This document shows, piece after piece, positions 11,049-19,657 of a DNA stretch of 64,000 nucleotides (the first letter of the stretch is position 1; each line of letters starts with the position of its first letter). A program made the translations under genes and the position numbers. Source of the stretch: Verrucomicrobiota bacterium (GTDB taxonomy: Bacteria; Verrucomicrobiota; Verrucomicrobiia; Verrucomicrobiales; DEV007); NCBI GenBank assembly GCA_045046875.1, contig JASFYY010000002.1, positions 40,189-104,188 of the forward strand, in the 5' to 3' direction. The notes below the pieces were generated by a model that was not told the origin of the DNA, did not search any database, and was given only the letters and a program-made list of their open reading frames with translations.

Positions 11049-11732
11049 CTATTTTTTCGGCACTTTGAATTTCAGTAAATAATTTTCCTTAAACATCGGC
11101 ACTTCCTCCACAAAATCAAAACCACTTGCCATAATCTCTTTTTTAACCAATGCCTTATCAGCGCGTACATGTTTTAACAACCATTCACGCGATTTGCCTT
11201 CAATACGTTCGAAGTCAATCACCACCAGTTTGCCACCCGGACGCAACGCTTTCAAAATGGTAGCCATCGTTTTTGCTGGAAATTCAAAATGATGATAAGT
11301 CGCACAAATAAATACCACATCTACAGAAGCTTTTGGCAATAATGCATTATCTGTTTCACACACAACTCCTTGCACATTATCCCAGCCCTGCTCTTTGGCA
11401 CTTTTCACCGTATGATCTACAAAACTTTTGGCTATATCCACAGCATAAATTTTACCTTCTTTACCTACAGCCGGAGCCAATAAACGGGTAAACAAACCCG
11501 TGCCTGCTCCAATATCTGCTACTGTCATTCCCGGTTTCAAACCTAGCTCTTTTATAATTTGCTGTTTTTTGTCAAAAACCTCCCGCCCTTCTTTTTCAAA
11601 ACGTTTTTCGAATTTTCCCACACTGGGATCTTTAAAAGAATCATTAATCCCCGGTTTTACGCTTTTTTCCTGAGCGACCAAAGGAAACAAACAGAAACTC
11701 AATAGGACGATGAATATGAAGTTCTTTTTCAT
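11049..11732 (-). CDS. Class I SAM-dependent methyltransferase with N-terminal signal peptide
   Basis: VADIGAGTG, IYAVDI, YHHFE, LRPGGKLVVID; MKKNFIFIVLLSFCLFPLVA signal-like N-terminus. Confidence 0.88.
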   Translation of the reverse strand: MKKNFIFIVLLSFCLFPLVAQEKSVKPGINDSFKDPSVGKFEKRFEKEGREVFDKKQQIIKELGLKPGMTVADIGAGTGLFTRLLAPAVGKEGKIYAVDIAKSFVDHTVKSAKEQGWDNVQGVVCETDNALLPKASVDVVFICATYHHFEFPAKTMATILKALRPGGKLVVIDFERIEGKSREWLLKHVRADKALVKKEIMASGFDFVEEVPMFKENYLLKFKVPKK

Positions 11733-11859
11733 GGTTTTATATTTTTTAAGACAATGGGCTTCCAGTAAGTAATTTTCAAATCTGACTTTCAGCCATTTCA
11801 GCCAAAATAACCCCTTTTTGAATAAAATACTCCTGTCTTTTTCTTATGCTAAAAAAAAC

Positions 11860-11888
11860 TGGCAAAATCATAATTTCTCCCCTACTTT
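11860..11888 (+). promoter_or_regulatory. Candidate sigma70 promoter of tRNA-His
   Basis: TGGCAA-N17-TACTTT preceded by an A-tract, about 50 bp upstream of the tRNA. Confidence 0.4.
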
Positions 11889-11937
11889 CCCGACCCTTAC
11901 CTGCAACATCTGATTGTTGGTAAAAATTACCTTATAT

Positions 11938-12014
11938 GGTGGTTGTAGCTCAGTTGGTAGAGCCCCGGATTGTGATTCCGGTTGTCGCGGGTTCGAGTCC
12001 CGTCATCCACCCCA
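11938..12014 (+). tRNA. tRNA-His(GTG)
   Basis: Full cloverleaf: encoded G-1 pairing C73, D arm GCTC/GAGC, anticodon arm CCGGA-TTGTGAT-TCCGG, T arm GCGGG-TTCGAGT-CCCGT, encoded CCA. Confidence 0.97.
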
Positions 12015-12037
12015 TCTTTCCCTCAAGGATGGGTTTT
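12011..12037 (+). terminator. Probable intrinsic terminator after tRNA-His
   Basis: CCCATCTTT/AAGGATGGG stem followed by TTTT. Confidence 0.5.
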
Positions 12038-12093
12038 AATTTGTTTTGATTAGATTTAAACCTTTTGCGGACTTGTGTGTCAGTATCTGTTGA

Positions 12094-12795
12094 ATGCCTG
12101 AATCGTTAGAAATAATAATCAATTACAAGTTTACCAATTCTTTATTATTGGCAGAGGCTCTCACCCACCCAAGTTTAGCGTATGAAACCCAACGTCCGCA
12201 TTTTGACAATCAACGCTTGGAATATCTAGGCGATGCTGTTTTACAGCTGATTTTGACTGATGAACTCTATCGTCGTTTTCCTGCTTATGGAGAAGGTCGC
12301 CTCACCAAAGTGAGATCCCGTTTGGTTTCACGGGATGCATTATGGAAATTTGCCCGTCAAATCAAGCTTTGTAATTTTTTACTTCTCGGCAAAGGCGAAG
12401 AATCATCCGGGGGAAAACAACGCGCTTCTAACCTTGCTGATGCTTACGAAGCTCTCATCGGTGCCATTTATCTCGACGGTGGCCAGGAAGCTGCCAAATC
12501 CTTCGTTTTGTCACAATGCGTCTCCGCCATAGCTGAAGCTGCCCATGAACCTGATGAAGCGAATCCCAAAGGCCGATTACAAGAACTGCTTCAATCTATT
12601 TCTCAAACCAGCCCCAGCTACCGTATTATCCAACAAGAGGGACCTGACCATGCTAAAATATTCGAGGTCTGTGTAGAATGGAAAAAAACCTTACTAGGCT
12701 GTGGAAAGGGATGCAGCAAGAAAGAAGCTGAATTTGACGCCGCCACCCAGGCGCTCAACGACGAACTTTGGCTCACTCTTAAGAATGACCCTTGA
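12094..12795 (+). CDS. rnc: Ribonuclease III
   Basis: ALTHPS, NQRLEYLGDAVL, ADAYEALIGAIYLD, dsRBD NPKGRLQE..GPDH..SKKEAE. Confidence 0.97.
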   Translation: MPESLEIIINYKFTNSLLLAEALTHPSLAYETQRPHFDNQRLEYLGDAVLQLILTDELYRRFPAYGEGRLTKVRSRLVSRDALWKFARQIKLCNFLLLGKGEESSGGKQRASNLADAYEALIGAIYLDGGQEAAKSFVLSQCVSAIAEAAHEPDEANPKGRLQELLQSISQTSPSYRIIQQEGPDHAKIFEVCVEWKKTLLGCGKGCSKKEAEFDAATQALNDELWLTLKNDP

Positions 12796-13080
12796 GTAAG
12801 GTGTGAAGAACTTGTGAGAAGTGAAGAACAACTGTGAACAATTTGAACTTATTCTCAAATTTGCCCTTTTATCAATAATGATTCTCAACTTATTCACAAG
12901 GTTCTAAATATTATAACTCATTTATTTTAAAACAGTTATGGTTAAATATTAACTCCATTGACCGCTATAATACTAATATTTTTGCTTTTTAAATAAATAA
13001 TTCTTCTTATAGATGATATTGCCTTAAAAACTGACTCTCAACTGAAAGAATTCTCTTTTTTGAACCCCCCCGTTTAATCG
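12796..13080. other. Putative chromosomal replication origin (oriC)
   Basis: TTATTCACA (12890-12898) plus near-consensus boxes at 12802, 12833 and 12849; IHF-like TAACTCATTTATT at 12914; AT-rich tract; GC-skew switch; parS and mnmG nearby. Confidence 0.75.
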
Positions 13081-14469
13081 ATGCATATCTCAAATCTTTT
13101 TAGCTTAAAAAAAGCCTTAGCATTTTTGTTGTATTTTTTTGTTTTTCATTCTTGTTTAGTTTTTTCTTCGGAACAAAAACCTAATATATTAATTATCACT
13201 ATTGATAATTTAGGCTATGCAGATTTAAAAAGTTATAATCCGGATAGTCGAATCAAAACTCCGGCACTGGATCATTTTGCTACTCAAAGTGCTCGATTAA
13301 CGAGTTTCTATACAGCTTCACCTACGTGCACGGTATCACGAGCTTGTTTGATGACGGGGAGAATCCCTCAACGCCATAAACTAACTAAACAGCTAGCTGG
13401 CATAAAAGGTAATTTCGGTGTGGGTCTAAGATCGTCGGAAATCCTGTTACCAGCGATAATTAAATCTAGTTCTTTTGGTTATGAAACGGGAGCTTTTGGT
13501 AAATGGAACATAGGTTTCGCCCCTGGTTCAAGGCCGACGGAAAGAGGGTTTGATGAGTTTCTAGGTTTTGCTTCGGGGAATATTGATTATTATCATCACG
13601 TTTATAATGGTAAACACGATTTGTTTTATAATACGACCGAGATAGATCGTGATGGTGAATATAGCACTGATTTATTTGCTGATTCGGCTATTGAATTTAT
13701 TAAATCCAAAACTAAAGCTCAAAAACCCTGGTTTGTTTATTTACCGTTTAATTCTCCGCATTTTCCGAATAAGGCCAACAAGGCACCTGGTCAGCTTACG
13801 CAATGGCAGGCACCAGATTGGGCATTTAAGGAGTATGGTTTGTCTCAAAGTGAGGAGGATCCAGAAAAAAGATATGGGGCAGTGGTTACAGCTTTGGATC
13901 GAGCGATTGGTCGGGTTTTTAAGTCTTTGGATGATTTATCAATCTCTGACAAAACATTTGTATTTTTGTATTCAGACAATGGCACTTTTATGCTGAATCG
14001 TAAAGGTTTGGATATTTCAACCAATGCGCCTTTGCGAAGTGGGGGGGTGACTTGTTGGGAAGGAGGCTTGAGGGTTGCCGCTTTTGCCAGATGGCCGGGC
14101 AAGATTAGGAAAGCTGCAGTGATAGATGTGCCAATGTGGTCGCCTGATTTATTAGTGACCAGTGCTAAACTCAGTGCGGGGGTATTGCCTACAGATCGAA
14201 TTTTAGATGGAAAGGATATCATGCCGGTTTTGACTGCTCAAAGTAAGGAATCACCGCATAAGGAATTTTACTTTGAATACGGAAAACAAGCCGCTTTCAG
14301 GAGAGGAAAGTGGAAAATTATTAGAACAAAAAATAATGAAGCGTGGCAGCTTTATGACTTGTCGATGGATATTGGAGAAAGTAATAACTTGGCTTCAGCA
14401 CACCCTGATACTGTGAACGAATTGGCTAGTGCTTTTATTCAGCAACAAAAATCGATGTTAGAAAAATAA
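13081..14469 (+). CDS. Sulfatase-family hydrolase with variant active-site motif CTVSR
   Basis: KPNILIITIDNLG, SPTCTVSR..LMTGR, GKWN, SDNG, WEGGLRV, WQLYDL. Confidence 0.9.
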   Translation: MHISNLFSLKKALAFLLYFFVFHSCLVFSSEQKPNILIITIDNLGYADLKSYNPDSRIKTPALDHFATQSARLTSFYTASPTCTVSRACLMTGRIPQRHKLTKQLAGIKGNFGVGLRSSEILLPAIIKSSSFGYETGAFGKWNIGFAPGSRPTERGFDEFLGFASGNIDYYHHVYNGKHDLFYNTTEIDRDGEYSTDLFADSAIEFIKSKTKAQKPWFVYLPFNSPHFPNKANKAPGQLTQWQAPDWAFKEYGLSQSEEDPEKRYGAVVTALDRAIGRVFKSLDDLSISDKTFVFLYSDNGTFMLNRKGLDISTNAPLRSGGVTCWEGGLRVAAFARWPGKIRKAAVIDVPMWSPDLLVTSAKLSAGVLPTDRILDGKDIMPVLTAQSKESPHKEFYFEYGKQAAFRRGKWKIIRTKNNEAWQLYDLSMDIGESNNLASAHPDTVNELASAFIQQQKSMLEK

Positions 14470-14507
14470 GCTTTAGGGTCTCGGTTTTGGATCACCAAGC
14501 GAAATAT

Positions 14508-14523
14508 AGTTCCACGTGGAACA
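14508..14523. promoter_or_regulatory. parS site
   Basis: AGTTCCACGTGGAACA, with a perfect 14-bp palindrome matching the parS consensus TGTTNCACGTGNAACA. Confidence 0.88.
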
Positions 14524-14648
14524 TGTCTTTTAGCTTTGAGAATCGATTGATTCACAACACTTGAGATGATTGCTCGAAGCGAGTAAAGTGAAAGACTTAC
14601 GCCAATGTGATAATTACATTTGGTCTGTAAGATTTACTTGTAAGACTT

Positions 14649-16508
14649 ATGTTTACTTATCCAAAGAACTATGACGTGTTGATAATAGGCGCGGGACATG
14701 CAGGTATTGAAGCTGCTTTGGCGGCTACCCGGGTGGGATGTCAGGTGGCTATGCTGACACAGAATTTGGATACGATCGGACAGATGTCTTGTAATCCTGC
14801 AATAGGGGGCTTGGCCAAGGGGCACATGGTAAGGGAGATTGACGCTCTGGGCGGCGAGATGGCTCTCAATACAGACGCAACAGGAATTCAATTTCGTTTA
14901 TTAAATCGCACTAAAGGACCAAGTGTTAGAGCTCCTAGAGCTCAGTGTGATAAAAAAGCTTATCAATTTCGCATGAAAGCTGTGTTGGAAGCAGAACCCA
15001 ATTTGGATTTGCATCAGGGTAACGTGGCTGACCTTTTAGTGAAAAATGATAAGATCAACGGCATCGAAACCAGTCTCGGTATGCGTTATGCTGCTAAGTC
15101 TGTAATAATAACAACGGGGACATTCATGCGCGGGCTTTTGCATGTTGGATTGCAAAATCAGAAGGGGGGAAGAATGGGTGACGCTATGTCTACCCTTAGC
15201 GATATACTAGCGGAATTAGGCTTCCGAATAGAGCGTATGAAAACGGGGACACCGTGTAGAATTAATGGTCGGACTATTGATTTTTCGAAGTGTGAGAAAC
15301 AAGAAGGTGATGTGGATATACCAAAATTCTCCTTCATGTCCGATACTTTGACTCGGGGAGATAATGACATTTTTACTTTGAATCCTTGGGGAGATAAAAT
15401 GTTCCACATGGAACAATTGCCATGTTGGATCACTCATACCAATCAAAAAACGCATGATGTGATTCGAGGAGGATTGGATCAATCACCGATGTACTCGGGT
15501 ATTATTGAGGGTGTGGGGCCGCGGTATTGTCCTTCGATAGAAGATAAGGTGGTGCGATTTGCTGATAAAGAAAGGCATCAGTTATTTTTGGAGCCAGAAG
15601 GTCGGCAAACTCAGGAGTATTATGTGAACGGCATATCCACCAGTTTACCTTTTGAAGTGCAGTATGAATTTATCAAAACGATATCTGGTTTGGAAAATGC
15701 TCAAATTCTAAGAGCGGGATATGCGGTTGAATATGATGCTTGTGATCCGACTCAGTTGAATAAAACTTTGGAAACTAAAAGCATAGAAGGTTTATACTTT
15801 GCAGGTCAGATTAATGGTACCAGTGGTTATGAAGAAGCGGCCGCTCAGGGTTTGATGGCGGGTGCAAATGCGGCACTGAAAGTGAAAGGGGAGCAGGCCT
15901 TTATTTTGGGTAGAGAAGAAGCTTACATCGGGGTGATGATTGATGATTTGGTCACTAAGGGCACTATCGAACCCTACCGTATGTTCACAAGTAGGGCAGA
16001 ATATCGCCTACTCTTGCGTCAGGACAATGCGGATCAGCGGTTGACGCCACTTGCAGCAGAAAAGGGACTGGTGAGCTCAGAGCGGTCTCAGAGAGCAGAG
16101 ACAGTTGTTACAGCACTGCATGAAGCAAGATTGTTTATTGCAAAAAACAAAGTGAATGGGGAGTCGATAGAAAAGATCCTGAGAAGACAAGATGTCACAT
16201 GGAAAAGTTTGGATGAGGAGATAAAATCTCAATTGCCGGAAAGCAGTTGGGAAATGGTCGAAATTGATGCCAAATACGCGGGATACATCAAGCGTCAGGA
16301 GATGATGATCAAACGTACCCAGAAACTTGAAAATAGGGAGATCCCTAAAAACCTGGATTACAGTGAGGTGAAAGGTTTAAAAAAGGAGGCCCAGCAGAGA
16401 TTGGCGGATATACAGCCAGGCACCTTGGGTCAAGCTGGTAGGGTGAGTGGGATTACCCCTGCTGATATAGGAATGTTGGCTGTTTGGTTGGAAAAAAACA
16501 GCCATTAA
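14649..16508 (+). CDS. mnmG: tRNA uridine-5-carboxymethylaminomethyl modification enzyme MnmG (GidA)
   Basis: [61 protein letters not shown]. Confidence 0.98.
   Translation: MFTYPKNYDVLIIGAGHAGIEAALAATRVGCQVAMLTQNLDTIGQMSCNPAIGGLAKGHMVREIDALGGEMALNTDATGIQFRLLNRTKGPSVRAPRAQCDKKAYQFRMKAVLEAEPNLDLHQGNVADLLVKNDKINGIETSLGMRYAAKSVIITTGTFMRGLLHVGLQNQKGGRMGDAMSTLSDILAELGFRIERMKTGTPCRINGRTIDFSKCEKQEGDVDIPKFSFMSDTLTRGDNDIFTLNPWGDKMFHMEQLPCWITHTNQKTHDVIRGGLDQSPMYSGIIEGVGPRYCPSIEDKVVRFADKERHQLFLEPEGRQTQEYYVNGISTSLPFEVQYEFIKTISGLENAQILRAGYAVEYDACDPTQLNKTLETKSIEGLYFAGQINGTSGYEEAAAQGLMAGANAALKVKGEQAFILGREEAYIGVMIDDLVTKGTIEPYRMFTSRAEYRLLLRQDNADQRLTPLAAEKGLVSSERSQRAETVVTALHEARLFIAKNKVNGESIEKILRRQDVTWKSLDEEIKSQLPESSWEMVEIDAKYAGYIKRQEMMIKRTQKLENREIPKNLDYSEVKGLKKEAQQRLADIQPGTLGQAGRVSGITPADIGMLAVWLEKNSH
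15400..15415. promoter_or_regulatory. Second parS-like site, inside mnmG
   Basis: TGTTCCACATGGAACA, one mismatch from a perfect 16-bp palindrome. Confidence 0.75.
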
Positions 16509-16519
16509 GAAATGTAGCG

Positions 16520-17071
16520 CTATAATATGGAGCGCAACAATTCTTGTAATTGAGCAGCATTTTTCACACTGTGGTCTGACTCTACTTCAGGTAATTTGTC
16601 AGATAAAAAGCGGATGCATCCTTTTAAATTGGCAGCACGTCCCATCGTGATATCCCGGTCGGAATCTCCAATCATCCAGGATTGGTAGAGATCTATATTG
16701 AAATCTTGAGCCGCACTGAATAACATTTCAGGATCAGGCTTCGGTAAGTGAAAACAGTCTTCGCTTTGTGTGTAGGAATAAATAGCGTCAAATTTGGCGG
16801 ATTGCTGAGCCAGTTTGGACTGCATTTGATCATGTATCTGATCCAAGTCTGCTTGGGACATCAAACCTTTGCCAACTCCTCGTTGGCTGGTCACTAGGAC
16901 CAATAGAATGTTCTGTTTTTTTATCCAGGAGAGCAGATCAATGATGCCTGGATTGAATACAAATTGCTTCCAGCTTAAAACATAACCTTTACCAGGTGAT
17001 TGGTTGATGACTCCGTCACGATCAAAAAAAAGGCATCGTCTGGGTAAGGGTAGGGGTTTGGAAAGAGACAT
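16520..17071 (-). CDS. gmhB: HAD-IIIA phosphatase, GmhB-like (heptose bisphosphate phosphatase)
   Basis: FFDRDGVIN, VTSQRG, KPDP, SWMIGD..RD. Confidence 0.75.
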   Translation of the reverse strand: MSLSKPLPLPRRCLFFDRDGVINQSPGKGYVLSWKQFVFNPGIIDLLSWIKKQNILLVLVTSQRGVGKGLMSQADLDQIHDQMQSKLAQQSAKFDAIYSYTQSEDCFHLPKPDPEMLFSAAQDFNIDLYQSWMIGDSDRDITMGRAANLKGCIRFLSDKLPEVESDHSVKNAAQLQELLRSIL

Positions 17072-17090
17072 GAAAATGGAAGAATGTATT

Positions 17091-18119
17091 CTAAGATCGC
17101 TGGATCAGGCCGCTGATTCGTATGTCCGGGCCGAGTTTTTTCATTTGAATAGAGCTAAGTTTTTTAGAAATGTCGTTGCTTTGTATTGCCTGGGTACAGC
17201 CCCCGCCGATGATCGGTGCATAATAAAAAACGACTTCATCAATCAGATCGTTTTTTAGAGCATTAGCTAATAGTTTCCCTCCGGATTCAATCATTACAGA
17301 TTGAATTCCTTGTTTAGCCAGTTTTTTGAGAATGAAACGCAGTGATTTTTTAGTGAAAACTTGTGTTTTATCACGGTATGGGTCGGTAAAAACATGTGAA
17401 TCCTGAGGAAAATCACCGCTTAGTGTACTAATGATGCGCGCGGGTTGTGGATGATTGTTTCGGGCGAATTTGCCTCTTAAAGTGAGATGAGGGTTGTCAT
17501 GGCGCAAAGTGGCACCGCCTATAAGAATGGCATCAATTTGTGAACGTAGACGCTGAACATCTTCGAGAGCTTGTGAACTGGTGATCCAGGGACCCTGCCC
17601 GGGGGGAAGGGTGGTGCGTGCATCAAGAGTCATGGCCGATTTGGCAATCACCCACGGTAACCCAGTGGTGAGGCTTTTGGTGAAATAACGAATCAGATGT
17701 TGAGCTTCTTTATTAAGGATCCCATCGGTGACAGGGATGTTTTTTTTCATCAAGCATCGTTTGGCACGTCCTTGATGCTGGGGGTTCGGGTCTGAACAGG
17801 CATAAACCACACGGGAAAACTGATGCTGAATAATAGCATCGGTACAAGCTCCGGTATTACCATGACTCGAGCATGGTTCCAAAGTCACATAAAGCGTGGC
17901 ATTTTTAAATACAGAGGCAGGATACTTTTTCAGGCTATTGTGAATAGCGTTGATTTCTGCATGCGCTTCACCGGCACGGTGGTGATATCCTTTACCAATA
18001 ATGGTACCATTTTTATCGACAATGATTGCACCAACCGGAGGATTCGGACTGGTTAGGCCTAAGCCTTTTTTCGCCTGTTTGATGGCGAGTTTCATAAAAT
18101 GAATATCTTGAGTGGTCAA
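17091..18119 (-). CDS. ribD: Bifunctional riboflavin deaminase/reductase RibD
   Basis: SPNPPVGA, HAE, YVTLEPCSSHG..C, reductase domain ESGG. Confidence 0.95.
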   Translation of the reverse strand: MTTQDIHFMKLAIKQAKKGLGLTSPNPPVGAIIVDKNGTIIGKGYHHRAGEAHAEINAIHNSLKKYPASVFKNATLYVTLEPCSSHGNTGACTDAIIQHQFSRVVYACSDPNPQHQGRAKRCLMKKNIPVTDGILNKEAQHLIRYFTKSLTTGLPWVIAKSAMTLDARTTLPPGQGPWITSSQALEDVQRLRSQIDAILIGGATLRHDNPHLTLRGKFARNNHPQPARIISTLSGDFPQDSHVFTDPYRDKTQVFTKKSLRFILKKLAKQGIQSVMIESGGKLLANALKNDLIDEVVFYYAPIIGGGCTQAIQSNDISKKLSSIQMKKLGPDIRISGLIQRS

Positions 18120-18476
18120 AATAGGGCAAAAAAAGTTTGGATTAATGAATAAACGATATGTAATGAAAACCAGTTAGATTGAATCGATGAAAAATGAAGC
18201 TGAATAAGACTAGTGCCCATGAAGCAATAAAACAAGGCTGTTTATTGATAGATAAATATCTAGTAACTCGTTATTAATAAGTATGTTGAATGGATTTATA
18301 AAAAAGGATTTATATTGTAGGTTCAGCAGAAAAAAAGAGGAAATTACTATTTTGTGGCTACACGTTACCTAATATAGTAAGTGAAAGTAAAAAAGTATTT
18401 TACGTACTGTAATAATTGCTCAGAAAAAATAAACTGGAAATAAATGTTTCAGAGAAAGTGATTCTTGAAGAAATAA

Positions 18477-19508
18477 ATGAAATTTTCGAAAAAGCAAAAA
18501 CAGCAATTGTATTATGAATTGGAAAAATTCGTACGTTCAGGTTTTGGTTTTGATAAAGCTTGTGAAAGTATGGTCGCTCAACCGGCAACATCAAAAATTC
18601 AGAAGAATTTCTGTGAGGGTGTTTTAGAAGGATTAAAAAACAAAAAAACGGTGGCTCAATCTGTTGAGGCGCTGCCCTTGGAAATTTCAGAATTAGAAAT
18701 AAATATAATCAACGCAGGCGAGCAAGCGGGATTATTGGAGAAGAGTTTTGAGCATCTTGAAAAACATTTTGGATTAGCTTTAGAAACCGAACAGAAAATA
18801 AAAAAAGCCCTGGTATATCCAATCATGCTATTGCATGCCGCTATATTGATGGGTTTGACTACGACTTCTTTAATGGCTGCCTGGAACCCACTTGCAGAAA
18901 AAGGAGCGGGTTGGGCTAGTTTCAAAGTAGGTTTGACTATCGTAGTGATTTTGTATGCGGTTTTAGCTTTTAGTGTAACGATTTTTGTAAAATGGCTGAA
19001 AATGGCTAAACATTCCGCTGAAAAAGACCGTTTATTAGCAAAGATCCCTTTTTTAGGAAGGATGCGTAGAGATTTGGCGATGTCTAATTTTTGCGGAGTG
19101 TTTCACATGGGACTGTGTTCAGGGCAAAAAATGGACCAAGTGTATTTGAATGCCGGTAAGTCATCATCAAGCGGACAAATTTGGCAAGTTTGTCAAAATG
19201 GAGCAGAAAATTTGCGCAAAGGCGAAACTTTAGCCATCACATTGACGGAAGCAGGCAATGTTTTCCCTCGGGATTTCAAAACATCAGTTGCGAATGCTGA
19301 ATTGGCGGGGGTTGTGGATGAGGAGTTTGCGCGCTGGAAGGACTATTATAGAAAGTGTGCGCTGGATTCGGTGAGTCGTTTTGTTGAGTGGGTTCCGAGA
19401 CTTTTTTATTGGTTGGTACTGGTTGTAGTGGTTTTTATTGTGTTCAGAATGGCTATTTCTTATCGCGATTTATTAGAAAACTATATTAATTGGAGTGATC
19501 AGTTTTGA
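18477..19508 (+). CDS. Type II secretion/type IV pilus platform protein (GspF/PilC family)
   Basis: AGEQAGLLE, ALVYP, KIPFLG, second repeat AELAG, TM helices. Confidence 0.85.
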   Translation: MKFSKKQKQQLYYELEKFVRSGFGFDKACESMVAQPATSKIQKNFCEGVLEGLKNKKTVAQSVEALPLEISELEINIINAGEQAGLLEKSFEHLEKHFGLALETEQKIKKALVYPIMLLHAAILMGLTTTSLMAAWNPLAEKGAGWASFKVGLTIVVILYAVLAFSVTIFVKWLKMAKHSAEKDRLLAKIPFLGRMRRDLAMSNFCGVFHMGLCSGQKMDQVYLNAGKSSSSGQIWQVCQNGAENLRKGETLAITLTEAGNVFPRDFKTSVANAELAGVVDEEFARWKDYYRKCALDSVSRFVEWVPRLFYWLVLVVVVFIVFRMAISYRDLLENYINWSDQF

Positions 19509-19593
19509 AATAAGGAATAAGGACAAAATATTTTTTTGTTTTATTGCTTTATCTATAGGCGTTTGGAGAGGAAAAAGGCGTAAAAATTAACAG

Positions 19594-19622
19594 TATTCAT
19601 TTTTACACTGGACAAATGAACA
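19594..19622. promoter_or_regulatory. Candidate tandem LexA (SOS) boxes upstream of recA
   Basis: TATTC-ATTT-TTACA and TGGAC-AAAT-GAACA, 1 bp apart; resemble the TGTTC-N4-GAACA motif I recall for Verrucomicrobia. Confidence 0.5.
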
Positions 19623-19657
19623 GTAATTGATATGATTAGTAAAAACCACTGAGAATC

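Noticed and set aside
11938..12100. tRNA-His as an island integration site
   Set aside because: No duplicated tRNA 3' end and no integrase seen; rnc follows directly.
12796..13080. Skew switch interpreted as the replication terminus
   Set aside because: C-rich to G-rich on the + strand is origin polarity; parS and mnmG are adjacent; no dif-like site recognised.
18120..18476. FMN riboswitch upstream of ribD
   Set aside because: The spacer is very AT-rich and lacks recognisable RFN conserved segments.
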